DNA of 64,000 bases from an uncultured Eubacteriales bacterium (GCA_900546315.1 URCP01000003.1:485-64484); one strand, 5' to 3'; positions 17,195-26,844 are shown, counted from the stretch's first letter. Numbers and translations: made by a program. The notes: generated by a model not told the origin, from the letters alone.

Positions 17195-18190
17195 ATGAGC
17201 AGAGGAAAATTCATAGGCGAGGGACGCAGCCGGATACTCGATCTCTCGGAGATAAAGACATACGACTCGCATGACCGGCGCAATCTCGTCCGCATCGACA
17301 ACATGATAAACGTCGGCGACCCGCACGAGGAATACACTTCCGACGGCTTCAACACGCTCGTTGACCGCGTCGTCGCGGCGAGAAAGAACGGCCGTCCTGT
17401 CATATTCAGCATGGGAGCGCACGTCATCAAGAACCGCCTTTCAAGATATCTCATCGCGATGATAAAGGAAGGTATCATCACACATATCGCGACGAACGGC
17501 GCAGGGAGCATCCACGACTTTGAGCTCGCGTATCTCGGCGGGACAAGCGAGGATGTCCCGACGGCGATCGAGGACGGCTCCTTCGGAATGTGGGAACAGA
17601 CCGGCAGATGGATGAACGAGGCGCTGAAGCTCGGCGCGATGGACGGACTCGGATACGGAGAATCGCTCGGACGATACGTTGACACTCACAAGGAGCTGTT
17701 CCCTTACCGTGACGACTGCGTCTTCTACAACGCTTATCTCGCAGATATTCCCGCCACATATCATATCGCGCTCGGAACCGACATCATACATCAGCATCCG
17801 ACCTGCGATATGTCGGTGATCGGAAAATGTTCCGGAATCGACTTCAAAAAAATGTGCGCGTCGGTCGCGGAGCTTGACGGCGGCGTCTTCCTGAACTTCG
17901 GCTCGGCGGTCATAGGCGCGGAGGTGTTCCTGAAGGCTCTCTCGATAGCCCGAAACCTCGGTTATCCGACCTTCAACATAACCACCGCGAACTTCGATCT
18001 GATAAACCTAGGCGACTACCGCCGCAAGATCGGATACAGCGACCCGAACTACTACTACCGCCCGCGAAAGAACATAGTGAACCGTCCGACAAGTCAGGGC
18101 GGTCTTGGCTGGCACTTCTGCGGTGACCATCAGATAACAATTCCGACACTTTATGACAATGTGTCAGCAAAAATCAAGGAGGAAAAATAA
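17195..18190 (+). CDS. Conserved hypothetical protein (possibly deoxyhypusine-synthase-like NAD-binding fold; function unknown)
   Basis: Good SD (GGAGGT) and coding-like composition. PVIFSMGAHVIKN...ITHIATNGAGSIHDFE loosely recalls DHS-family motifs. The functional assignment is weak. Confidence 0.55.
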   Translation: MSRGKFIGEGRSRILDLSEIKTYDSHDRRNLVRIDNMINVGDPHEEYTSDGFNTLVDRVVAARKNGRPVIFSMGAHVIKNRLSRYLIAMIKEGIITHIATNGAGSIHDFELAYLGGTSEDVPTAIEDGSFGMWEQTGRWMNEALKLGAMDGLGYGESLGRYVDTHKELFPYRDDCVFYNAYLADIPATYHIALGTDIIHQHPTCDMSVIGKCSGIDFKKMCASVAELDGGVFLNFGSAVIGAEVFLKALSIARNLGYPTFNITTANFDLINLGDYRRKIGYSDPNYYYRPRKNIVNRPTSQGGLGWHFCGDHQITIPTLYDNVSAKIKEEK

Positions 18191-18194
18191 AACC

Positions 18195-20927
18195 ATGGAC
18201 AAGCAAATGTACGACTCGATATGGCACGCGCTCGCGGATCATCTCAAGAGAGGCACTGCACCGGCTTCCGGGCTTCTCGCCTGCGCTGCCGAAAACCCCG
18301 GTGACGGAGAATACATAATCTCCGAAAACAAGGTCAGCCTGAAGCCCGGCGACAGCCTTCCGGACGGAAACTGCGTGGTCACCGGAAAAATTCACATTCC
18401 GGATGAAGCGCTGCCGGACGGATATGAAAGAACGTTCCTCGTCGACTTCGGAAGGAGAGACGGTCAGTTTTTCGTGAACGGTGAGCTTTACCACGGCGTC
18501 GACGCAAACCGTCGGTTCCTGCCGATACGCGATGAGTGGAAAGGACAGACAGTCGACATAAAGATTATCGCAAAAGGAAACAGCCAATTCGGTTATCTCG
18601 GAACGACTGTCATTGACAAAGAGGTGCAGGCGCTCCTCTATACCTTCAATATAGTCCTCAATTACTTTGCGACGGAGGACGGCGGCAAATATATGGAAAA
18701 CCGGGTGATCGACGGCAGAATGTGAACCGAATTCGACCGCGCGCTTTTCTCGATAGACACGTGCGCGGACGACGATACCTTCCACATACAGTGCGCAAAC
18801 GCCGAAAAAAAGATCAGAGCCGCGCTTGACGCAATTGACGACGGCGATGTGAGGGGACTGATCTCACTCATCGGTCACACGCACATCGACGTCGCGTGGC
18901 TGCCGGACACGTTCAGCTTCCAGCCTAACATCCCGCAGATACTCAGGAGATGCGGCATAACCGGATTCTACACCTATAAGATCCACTGGTGCAGAAAGAC
19001 CGTTTTCCCGTACAACGTATTCCGCTGACGCGGAATCGACGGCTCGGAGGTGACCTCCGCGGTCACGCTTGAACGCAACGGTTATCTCGGCAATCCCTTG
19101 CCCGACGAGCTGCGGCTCGCGAAAGAGCACAACCCGCAGGAAGGCAGATTCGAGAACCTGATCTACCCGTACGGCTGGGGCGACGGCGGAGGAGGACCTA
19201 CCGCCGACATGATCGAGAACTCGCACAGACTTGCGGATTTTCCCGGGCTCCCAAGAACCGAGTTTATTCGTGCCGACAAATACTTCGAGCGTCTCTCGTC
19301 GAAAAACGACGAGCTCCCGAGATATTTCGGAGAGCTCTACGTCGAGAACCACCGCGGCACAATGACATCACAGGGAAAAGCGAAGCGCAGTAACCGCGTC
19401 GCGGAGACAGGGTGCCAGTCTGATGAAAAACTCGCGGTGCTCGCCGAGCTGCTCGGACACAAGCCGGACTGGAGCGTCATGAGCGACTGCTGGAAGCGTG
19501 TGCTGACAATGCAATTCCATGATATACTCCCGGGAAGCTCAATCAATGCGGTTTACACCGAGGACAGCGCCGAAAACTACGCTGCGATCGACAAAGCCCG
19601 CGCCGACTTCATAGCTTCCACGGGGCTTGAATCAGGAAAAGATATGATTCTCGCGGTAAACACCCTGTCATGGGAGCGGAACGCGCTTTGTGAATACAGC
19701 GCCGGGCACGAGCTTCCGGAAAGCGCGGTAGTCGCCGATTCCGACGGGAATATAATTCCGACTGTACTTCTCGGCGACAGAAAGACGCTCCTGTTCCGTG
19801 CTGAGTTCCCGGCTCTCGGAGCGAAGGCGTTCAAGGTTTCCGAAGGTACGGCTCGCGTCGAGCGTAACGCGGAAATCCACGAGGTCGTCGACGGTCTTTC
19901 GGTCGAGATGACGCTTTGCCGTGCGGTCATCGGCCGGCTCGGAAGGCTCGTTTCCCTGTATGACAAGCGCGCCGACAGACAGGTGCTGCGCGACATCGGA
20001 AACGACATCAGACTCTTTATTGACGGACCTCAGTTCGAGGACGCGTGGAACCTTTACCCCGAGTACGCGGACCGTGAGGTGCAATGCGGCTGGAAGACAA
20101 GCCTGAGCGTAATCGAGAACAACGCCCTCAGAACTGTAATCCGCGTCGATAAATCCATTGACGGCTGCGAGATCATACAGGATATCGTCTTCGGAACCGA
20201 TTCGGCGATGACCGAATTCAGGACAAAAATCAACTGGAGCCTCCGCCACCGTATACTGCGCGTGTATTTCCCGATGAACATCATGGCTCAGAACGCCGCT
20301 TACGAGACCGGGTTCGGCACTTTCTTCCGTCCGACTGTGCCCTCGTGCGAGGAGGACGTCCAGAAGTTAGAGGTCTGCGCGCACAAGTTCGCCGATCTCT
20401 CCGACAGCGCTCATGGAGCGGCGCTGATAAACGACTGCAAGTACGGTCATTCGTGCGACCGGAACATTCTCGGTCTCTCGCTCCTCCGCGGAACGACGTA
20501 TCCCGATCCGGACGCCGATATCGGGACGCACGAGATAAATTACGCGATTTACCCGCATAATGGCAGCTACGCGGACGGCGAGGTCCCGCGCCGCGCGCAT
20601 GAGTTCAATCATCCGGTCAGAATGTTCGAAAGCGACCGGCAGACCGCTGAAAAAGCGGACGGGCTCCAGCTGCTCACCTGCGATTCCGGAGACATTATAA
20701 TTGACACCGTCAAGCGCTCGGAGGACCGGAAGTCAATCATCATCCGCGCTTACGAGTCAAACGGCGCGAGCGGAAAAGCGCGTATCACGCTCAAAGGACT
20801 CAAGGGAGAGGTTCACGAGTGCAATTTACTTGAAGAGCGCATCGGAGAACCACGCTCTGCCGACGGTAGGTTCGGGTTCGACTATTCGCCGTTCGAGATA
20901 CGGACATTCTCGATAGAAAAGAACTGA
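18195..20927 (+). pseudogene. GH38 alpha-mannosidase remnant: single reading frame with two in-frame TGA codons and an apparent internal in-frame deletion
   Basis: Track ORFs 18153..18725 and 19050..20927 and the segment between them share one frame. In-frame TGAs lie at 18723-18725 and 19026-19028. GH38 motifs are present: GHTHIDVAWL, PDTFSF..PQIL, GIDGSEV, YGWGDGGGGPT, GELYVENHRGT. HIDVAWL runs directly into PDTF. Confidence 0.75.
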
Positions 20928-20938
20928 CGCAGAAATTC

Positions 20939-20975
20939 AAAAACCAGCGCCTGCTCCCGCAGACGCTGGTTTTTC
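20939..20975. terminator. Bidirectional intrinsic terminator between convergent genes
   Basis: AAAAACCAGCG (20939-20949) / CGCTGGTTTTT (20964-20974). Confidence 0.65.
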
Positions 20976-20981
20976 CGATTC

Positions 20982-21911
20982 CTATTTTTCTTTCTTTCCC
21001 TTGTTGACCATCCCGTAGACCTCGCTCTTGGACATTCCTCTGTCCTTCGCGCAGGCTTTCATCGCGTCCATCCTCGACTTTCCCTCGTCGATGTAATGCT
21101 GTATATGCTCTTCCACCGTCATATCGCGCCAGAAGGCGTCTTCCGCGGCTTCCAGCTCGCTTTGACCGTCGACTATGAGTACATACTCCCCTCTCGGCTC
21201 GCGTTCGCTGTAGAGTCTCACGGCGCCGCTCAGAGTGGTGCGGGTTATCTCCTCGTTCAGCTTCGTGAGCTCGCGGCACAGCGATATCTTCCGATCGCCG
21301 AAAGCGGCGAGCAGGTCGTCGAGCGTTCCGCGCAGCTTGTGCGGAGCCTCGTAGAATATAAGCGTCCGGTCGTCGCCCTTCAGCTTCGCGAGCCGCTCCG
21401 TCCGCTCCCCGCGGTTCGTCGAGAGAAATCCCTCGAACGCGAACCTCGCCGTAAACAATCCGGACAGCGTCAGCGCCGTCACAGCCGCGCAGGGTCCGGG
21501 AACCGCCGTCACCGGAATGTTCCGCTCCGCGCACAGCCTGACAATATCCTCTCCGGGATCGCTTATCCCCGGCATTCCGGCGTCAGTGACAAGAGCGCAG
21601 GACTCGCCTCCTCGCAGTCTCTCGCAGATGACTTCGCCGCGCTCGCGCTTGTTATGCTCGAAATAGCTGACCATCGGCTTATGTATCCCGAGGAGCGTCA
21701 GGAGCTTCGCGCTGTTTCGTGTATCCTCGGCGGCGACGAAATCCACGCCGGCGAGCGTCTTCTTCGCCCGGTCGGACAGGTCGGCGAGGTTCCCGATCGG
21801 CGTCGTCACGAGGTACAGAGTTCCGCCGACGATGCGATTCTTGCGGTCGTCCTCCGTATATTCCGTATTACGCGATATCTCCTCCGCGCCCTCGTTTTTT
21901 TCAGGAAACAC
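20982..21911 (-). CDS. 16S rRNA (cytidine1402-2'-O)-methyltransferase RsmI (start codon uncertain)
   Basis: GTLYLVTTPIGNLADLS, AAEDTR and DAGMPGISDPG motifs. There is no ATG between the repeat and the conserved core. An in-frame GTG at 21911 lies inside repeat copy A; the track ORF extends to 22040 by translating the repeat. Confidence 0.8.
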   Translation of the reverse strand: MFPEKNEGAEEISRNTEYTEDDRKNRIVGGTLYLVTTPIGNLADLSDRAKKTLAGVDFVAAEDTRNSAKLLTLLGIHKPMVSYFEHNKRERGEVICERLRGGESCALVTDAGMPGISDPGEDIVRLCAERNIPVTAVPGPCAAVTALTLSGLFTARFAFEGFLSTNRGERTERLAKLKGDDRTLIFYEAPHKLRGTLDDLLAAFGDRKISLCRELTKLNEEITRTTLSGAVRLYSEREPRGEYVLIVDGQSELEAAEDAFWRDMTVEEHIQHYIDEGKSRMDAMKACAKDRGMSKSEVYGMVNKGKKEK

Positions 21912-21992
21912 TGAATAATTCGGGTTTTCGCAGAAAAAAGGCTTGGATTTATGGGTTTTTTTCTGCGAAAACAACCTTAAATCAGTGTTTCC
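21904..21992. repeat. Nested-palindrome repeat family 1, copy A (89 nt)
   Basis: Outer arms GGAAACACTGA / TCAGTGTTTCC. Inner arms TTTTCGCAGAAAAAA / TTTTTTCTGCGAAAA. About 90% identical to 36398..36486. Confidence 0.8.
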
Positions 21993-21999
21993 TGTATAA

Positions 22000-22764
22000 T
22001 CATGGTTTTCTGAAAGGCTCATCGAACTCACCCGTTTCATATATTCTTGTGAGCGTGTCGGTATAAACGCTCATCTCGCGGTACATTATAAGCGGCGGCG
22101 TGACATGGCACCCGGGCGCCGCGCCCTTCTTCGCCTCACAGAGCACAAGGCACGGCGGAAGACTGACCCTCGAATGCACCATAGTCATCCTCTTCGGCTC
22201 AAGCCCGGCGCAGCGCATCGAAGAGATAAGATCGACCAGCCTGTCCGGTCTCCACACGGCGTAAAACAATCCCCCGTGCCGGAGCAGCCGTCCGGCGGCA
22301 AGGCAGAAATCCCCGATCCCGCCGTGAACCTCATGCCGGGCGATCTGCTTTCTCCCGCTGACGCAGATTTTCCCGGAGGTCTTCATGTACGGAGGATTCG
22401 AGACTACTATATCGACTTCACCACCAAGCGTCCCCGCGCTGACCTCGCGCACGTCCGTTTGAACGCTCCTCAGTCTGTCCGCAAAGCCGTTGATCGCCGC
22501 GTTGCGCGATATAAGCTCCGCGAACTCCGGCTGCACCTCAAGCGCCGCGCAGTCCGCGATCTTGTTTCTCGACAGAAGAAGGAGAGGTATCACGCCGGTT
22601 CCGCTCCCGAGGTCCGCCGCTCTCGACTTCCGGCTCGTCCGGACATACGCGGCGAGAAGGTACGCATCGCTCCCGAAGGTCAGACCGTCCTTTTTCTCGA
22701 TCAGCCTCAGATTATTGTTTATCTCGTTCAGGCTCTCGTCATCGGCGAGCAGGATATTTTCCAT
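22000..22764 (-). CDS. SAM-dependent methyltransferase, tRNA (adenine-N6)-methyltransferase-like (YabB/TrmN6 family)
   Basis: DLGSGTGVIPLLL (SAM motif I) and VVSNPPYMK (NPPY motif). Lies upstream of rsmI as in Bacillus yabB-yabC. ATG (MENILL) is 8 nt after AAAGGA. Confidence 0.8.
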   Translation of the reverse strand: MENILLADDESLNEINNNLRLIEKKDGLTFGSDAYLLAAYVRTSRKSRAADLGSGTGVIPLLLLSRNKIADCAALEVQPEFAELISRNAAINGFADRLRSVQTDVREVSAGTLGGEVDIVVSNPPYMKTSGKICVSGRKQIARHEVHGGIGDFCLAAGRLLRHGGLFYAVWRPDRLVDLISSMRCAGLEPKRMTMVHSRVSLPPCLVLCEAKKGAAPGCHVTPPLIMYREMSVYTDTLTRIYETGEFDEPFRKP

Positions 22765-22780
22765 CCACACCATCCTTTTC

Positions 22781-22812
22781 AAAAAGCGGGCGGCTCAGAT
22801 GAACCGTCCGCT
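22781..22812 (-). terminator. Terminator/attenuator hairpin downstream of murA
   Basis: Minus-strand AGCGGACGG...CCGCCCGCT (one mismatch) followed by TTTTT. Confidence 0.45.
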
Positions 22813-22841
22813 GATATTATGCTTCCGCGCCACGGGAATTG

Positions 22842-24128
22842 TCAGTTCGCCTTCTCGAAGCTCGCGGGGGACGGGATCATGACCTTCTTTATGTCCGCTC
22901 CGACCGCTCTTAGCTTTCCGACGATATCGTCATAGCCGCGCTCTATATAGTGTATGTCGTCAATCTCGGTGCGCCCGTTCGCCGCGAGACCCGCGATTAT
23001 CATCGCGACGCCGGCTCTCAGGTCGACCGCCTTAACCGGAGCCGCCGAAAGCTGGCTTCCGCCCTCGAATATCGCCGTCGCGCCGTCGACGCTGATGTTT
23101 GCGCCCATGCGCTTCAGCTCCTCGACATACCTGAACCTGTTGTCCCAGACTCCCTCGGTCAGCACCGAGACGCCCTTCGCTAGACACAGCAGAACGCCTA
23201 TCTGCGGGTTCATATCGGTCGGGAAGCCCGGATACGGCTGGGTCTTGATATTTATCCGGTTGAGGTCGCCTATGTGTCTTACCTCGACAGAATCGTCGTT
23301 CTCGATGACCTCGACGCCCATCTCCTCGAGCTTCGCGGAGATCGACTCAAGATGCTTCGGTATGACGTTCGTTATGAGCAGATGCCCCTGCGTCGCCGCG
23401 GCAGCGCACATATATGTGCCCGCCTCGATCATATCCGGAATTATCGCGTAAGTGCTGCCGTACAGCCTGTCGACGCCGCGTATCTTTATGACGTCGGTTC
23501 CCGCGCCGGAAATCTTCGCGCCGCAGGAATTGAGGAAATTCGCGAGGTCGACTATATGCGGCTCGCGCGCCGCGTTCTCGATGACGGTGTTCCCCTTCGC
23601 GAGCACCGACGCGATTATCACGTTTATAGTACCGCCAACGGTCACCGTGTCGAAATATATCGACGCGCCGTGAAGGTTCTCCGCCTTCGCGTCGACATAC
23701 CCGCTCTCAACCGAGACCTTCGCGCCGAGAGCCTTGAAGCCCTTGATATGCTGGTCAATCGGTCTGACGCCGAAGTCGCATCCGCCGGGAAGACCGACAT
23801 ACGCCCGTCCCCAGCGCCCGAGCTCCGCGCCGATCAGGTAATACGACCCGCGCATCTTCCTGACAAGCTCATACGGAGACACTCCGCCCTTCGCCGGTCT
23901 CGAGTCTATCTCGACCGTGTTCCTCGACAGCATACGTATCCTGCATCCCATCGCGGACAGAATCTCGAGCGAGAGAGCCACGTCGCTTATCGACGGGACG
24001 TTCTCTATTATACATTTATCGTTTATCAGCAGCGTCGCCAGTATTATCGGCACAGCCGCGTTCTTCGCGCCGCTGACCTCGACCGTTCCGCAGAGCGGCC
24101 TGCCGCCGTTTATGATTATCTTTTCCAT
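22842..24128 (-). CDS. murA: UDP-N-acetylglucosamine 1-carboxyvinyltransferase
   Basis: MEKIIINGGRPLCGTVEVSGAKNAAVPI... is a canonical MurA N-terminus, with full-length similarity. Start at ATG 24128 with an AAGGTAG SD. Confidence 0.95.
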   Translation of the reverse strand: MEKIIINGGRPLCGTVEVSGAKNAAVPIILATLLINDKCIIENVPSISDVALSLEILSAMGCRIRMLSRNTVEIDSRPAKGGVSPYELVRKMRGSYYLIGAELGRWGRAYVGLPGGCDFGVRPIDQHIKGFKALGAKVSVESGYVDAKAENLHGASIYFDTVTVGGTINVIIASVLAKGNTVIENAAREPHIVDLANFLNSCGAKISGAGTDVIKIRGVDRLYGSTYAIIPDMIEAGTYMCAAAATQGHLLITNVIPKHLESISAKLEEMGVEVIENDDSVEVRHIGDLNRINIKTQPYPGFPTDMNPQIGVLLCLAKGVSVLTEGVWDNRFRYVEELKRMGANISVDGATAIFEGGSQLSAAPVKAVDLRAGVAMIIAGLAANGRTEIDDIHYIERGYDDIVGKLRAVGADIKKVMIPSPASFEKAN

Positions 24129-24321
24129 AACTACCTTAACCTGTTTTATATCCGCCGTCCGGCGCGGAAAAGCACCGCGGGACAACGTTTGATAAGTATC
24201 GTTTGTTAAGCGTTGCGTTTACAGAGCGTTCAAATACCCACAGTAATATAACTATATTATAACACCTTTCAGCGCAAAATGGAAGTACCTTTAATGATTT
24301 TTTTACATTCAGGATAAATAT

Positions 24322-25278
24322 TTACCTTGTGCTTAAATATTCACTATTATTGATGGCGTTATATACAATTCGTGTGCCATCCGAATGATCTATTTGCCAT
24401 GATAGTATAAAATACAGCGCGGTCCGGTCCGCGTTCCAGTTCGGCGTATAGCACGCCGTGACAGAAGTAACGCCCGGGAACCCGGCGTCCGGTCTCTCCT
24501 CCTCCGCGGCGCGCGTCGTGAGCGCCGACAGATCGGTGAAGAGGATATTCACCTGATCGTATATCTCCTCACTGTATGTCTCGCCCGCCGTCCCGAAGTA
24601 CCAGTACCCGCGCGCGGACAGAAGGTCTTCGCCCTCAAAAACGCACACGGCGCTGTTGCCGTAGACCGGAAGCCCGTCGAGCATCTGCGTCGCGAAAATA
24701 TACGTCACCCCGGCGCCCTCGTCTAAGGCGCCGCCATCGATACGCACGCCGAAGCGGTAGTCCTCACCCTGTCCGCGGCAGAGAAAATCCGACACGCGCT
24801 TCTCGTATCCGGACAGCTTCGATTTCGTGAGCGAGCCGAAGTTTTCCGTGACAAGCTCAAGATCATCCGCCGTAATGTCAGTATATGCCGCCCCGCGGAT
24901 ATTGCTATTTTTATAATATACGAACCTGAGATCGTCGTAAAACTCGGAGGAATCGCCCCCGGCGGTGATTATCATCATTCCGCCGTCCGGCAGCATCATC
25001 GCGGACGTTCTCGGTGAGCCCGACAGCGCCTCCGCCGCGACGGAAAAGTAATCAGTCGGATAGAAACTCTCACAGACAGAGGCGCTAATACGTCTTAGAG
25101 GTATCGCCTCGGCGTCAACCTCAAGCCCGCGGGACGCGAGTATCCCGACCGCGTCCGCGACCTCCTTCTCGTCGAGGTAGCTCTTATTGCGGTTCTGCAC
25201 CGATATGTTGTAAATCAGGAAAATGTTCGCCGCGACGAGCATGGCGATAAGCAGGTTCTTGACTGTGGACCAGTTCAA
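24322..25278 (-). CDS. yycI: YycI-like regulator of the WalRK two-component system (single-pass membrane protein)
   Basis: N-terminus MNWSTVKNLLIAMLVAANIFL resembles YycI. Position is immediately after the yycH-like gene in the walRK operon. TTG start after GGGAGGG. Confidence 0.6.
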   Translation of the reverse strand: MNWSTVKNLLIAMLVAANIFLIYNISVQNRNKSYLDEKEVADAVGILASRGLEVDAEAIPLRRISASVCESFYPTDYFSVAAEALSGSPRTSAMMLPDGGMMIITAGGDSSEFYDDLRFVYYKNSNIRGAAYTDITADDLELVTENFGSLTKSKLSGYEKRVSDFLCRGQGEDYRFGVRIDGGALDEGAGVTYIFATQMLDGLPVYGNSAVCVFEGEDLLSARGYWYFGTAGETYSEEIYDQVNILFTDLSALTTRAAEEERPDAGFPGVTSVTACYTPNWNADRTALYFILSWQIDHSDGTRIVYNAINNSEYLSTR

Positions 25279-25331
25279 CTCCGTCCCTCCCTTCGGATTT
25301 CACAAAGACATTTCCGGAAATTCATAAGCTC

Positions 25332-26813
25332 TCAGCGCACGGCGAAAAACATACTATTGGCGGAAAGTCTGCGCGCCGCTATGAAGCCGACACTCCAGAC
25401 CGCGGTTCCGTCGCGGTAAACGAGGCGTATCTCACCCCCGGTCTCTCCATCCGTCTTTCCGCTCTCCGAGAGCTTTCTGACGGCGAACTCCTGAGACGGG
25501 AGAAGGGTCGGACTGTCGGTCCCCTTATAGGATACCGTCCGGAGCGAAAAGCTATACAGTCTGTCCTGCTCGATCTCGGCGCGGAGAGCGGCTTCCTCGC
25601 CTACCCGTACATCCTCGTACGCGTAGAAATACTCGATCACGAGTCTGCCGCCGTCAGTATAGACATCTCCGAGACACAGCTTCGCCTCACCGCCCGCGAG
25701 CTCCGGCGACAGCGCCTCGATACGGCCGATTATGTTGTCGACCGCCGTCAGCTTATCGTAGACGCTCAGCGTATCGTTGACCGAATAACCTAGCAGGGTG
25801 TCGAGCCTCAGTCCGGACGCCGCGTCATTCGCCTGATATCTTATGACGCCGTTCCCGACGCGCAGACGGCTCCTCGAATCGACATAGTTGACGGCGCTCT
25901 CGTCCGGATAGCTGCTCACCTTGTCCGGGTTGTAGCCGAAGAGAACCAGCAGACTGCTTCTCTGCGCGTCAGGCACCAAAGTATCCTCGGCGGATATCAC
26001 GTCCGGCTCAAGATCGGCGCCAATGAGCGGCTGCCTCTCGGCGAGCGCGGGATCATCCGAAAACGTCATCGGCGCGAGTCCGGACACCCACGGTCCGTCC
26101 GCGAGCCTCGAGAAATAGAACGCGGACGCGATAACGCTCTTATCCTGCGAAAACCTGAAATACCCGCCGTCGCCGTCGTAAACGTAAGCGATGAAGCGGT
26201 GCGCGGCGACGTCCTGATCCGGTTTTATGACAAGCTCGCTTACATACACTGCTCCCGCGTCCTCGGACGCCTGCGCGACGTCCTGATCAGTGACGACGAG
26301 CTTTCCGGAGGCGTACGCGTATATCATCCTGTACAGCACAGGCTGATGGTAGCGGATGAAAATATACTCGCCGTCCGCTATCGCCTCGTTCATCTGCCTC
26401 GCCCCCTCGTCATCGGAAAGCTTCACACAGTAAGAAGTATTCCCGAACAGCTCTGTGATACAGCTCCCGATGACACCGTAAAGCTCCTCGATAGATTCGC
26501 GGTCCGCAATACACCCGACCGGGTCCGCGCCGGCGAGCCTGTAGCCTATCGTCTCCGGAAGAAGCCGCCCGGAATCAAGCCCGTCCGCGCCGATGTCGCT
26601 CCGGACGCTCCACAGCTTCTCTATATTGATGTTCTTCTCACGGTTCCCGGCGGTCATGTTCTGATAGATATGCGTCCCTCCGATATAGACGATGACGAGC
26701 ATGACGAGACTCACGACGAGAAGCACCAGTATGACGGTGCGTATATGCTCCGCCGCAGCGGAAAGCTTCCCGGCGCGCTTTTTTGCCGTCTCCGGCTCCT
26801 TCTTCATCTTCAT
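25332..26813 (-). CDS. yycH: YycH-like regulator of WalK (membrane-anchored extracellular protein)
   Basis: Single N-terminal TM, ~490 aa, positioned directly after the kinase gene. The ATG at 26813 is 8 nt after GGAAGGAGGG. Confidence 0.55.
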   Translation of the reverse strand: MKMKKEPETAKKRAGKLSAAAEHIRTVILVLLVVSLVMLVIVYIGGTHIYQNMTAGNREKNINIEKLWSVRSDIGADGLDSGRLLPETIGYRLAGADPVGCIADRESIEELYGVIGSCITELFGNTSYCVKLSDDEGARQMNEAIADGEYIFIRYHQPVLYRMIYAYASGKLVVTDQDVAQASEDAGAVYVSELVIKPDQDVAAHRFIAYVYDGDGGYFRFSQDKSVIASAFYFSRLADGPWVSGLAPMTFSDDPALAERQPLIGADLEPDVISAEDTLVPDAQRSSLLVLFGYNPDKVSSYPDESAVNYVDSRSRLRVGNGVIRYQANDAASGLRLDTLLGYSVNDTLSVYDKLTAVDNIIGRIEALSPELAGGEAKLCLGDVYTDGGRLVIEYFYAYEDVRVGEEAALRAEIEQDRLYSFSLRTVSYKGTDSPTLLPSQEFAVRKLSESGKTDGETGGEIRLVYRDGTAVWSVGFIAARRLSANSMFFAVR

Positions 26814-26844
26814 CCGACTGACCCTCCTTCCGGTTAAAATCGTG

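Noticed and set aside
18723-19028. Alternative genetic code (TGA read as Trp or Gly) or selenocysteine, to explain the two in-frame TGAs in the GH38 gene.
   Set aside because: TGA clearly functions as a stop for many well-delimited genes here (8278..9057, 13080..14222, 15331..16392, 20927, 6344). At 11431, readthrough would fuse an oxidoreductase in-frame to the signal peptide of the next lipoprotein. I saw no SECIS-like hairpin immediately 3' of either TGA. A pseudogene or sequence error is the simpler reading.
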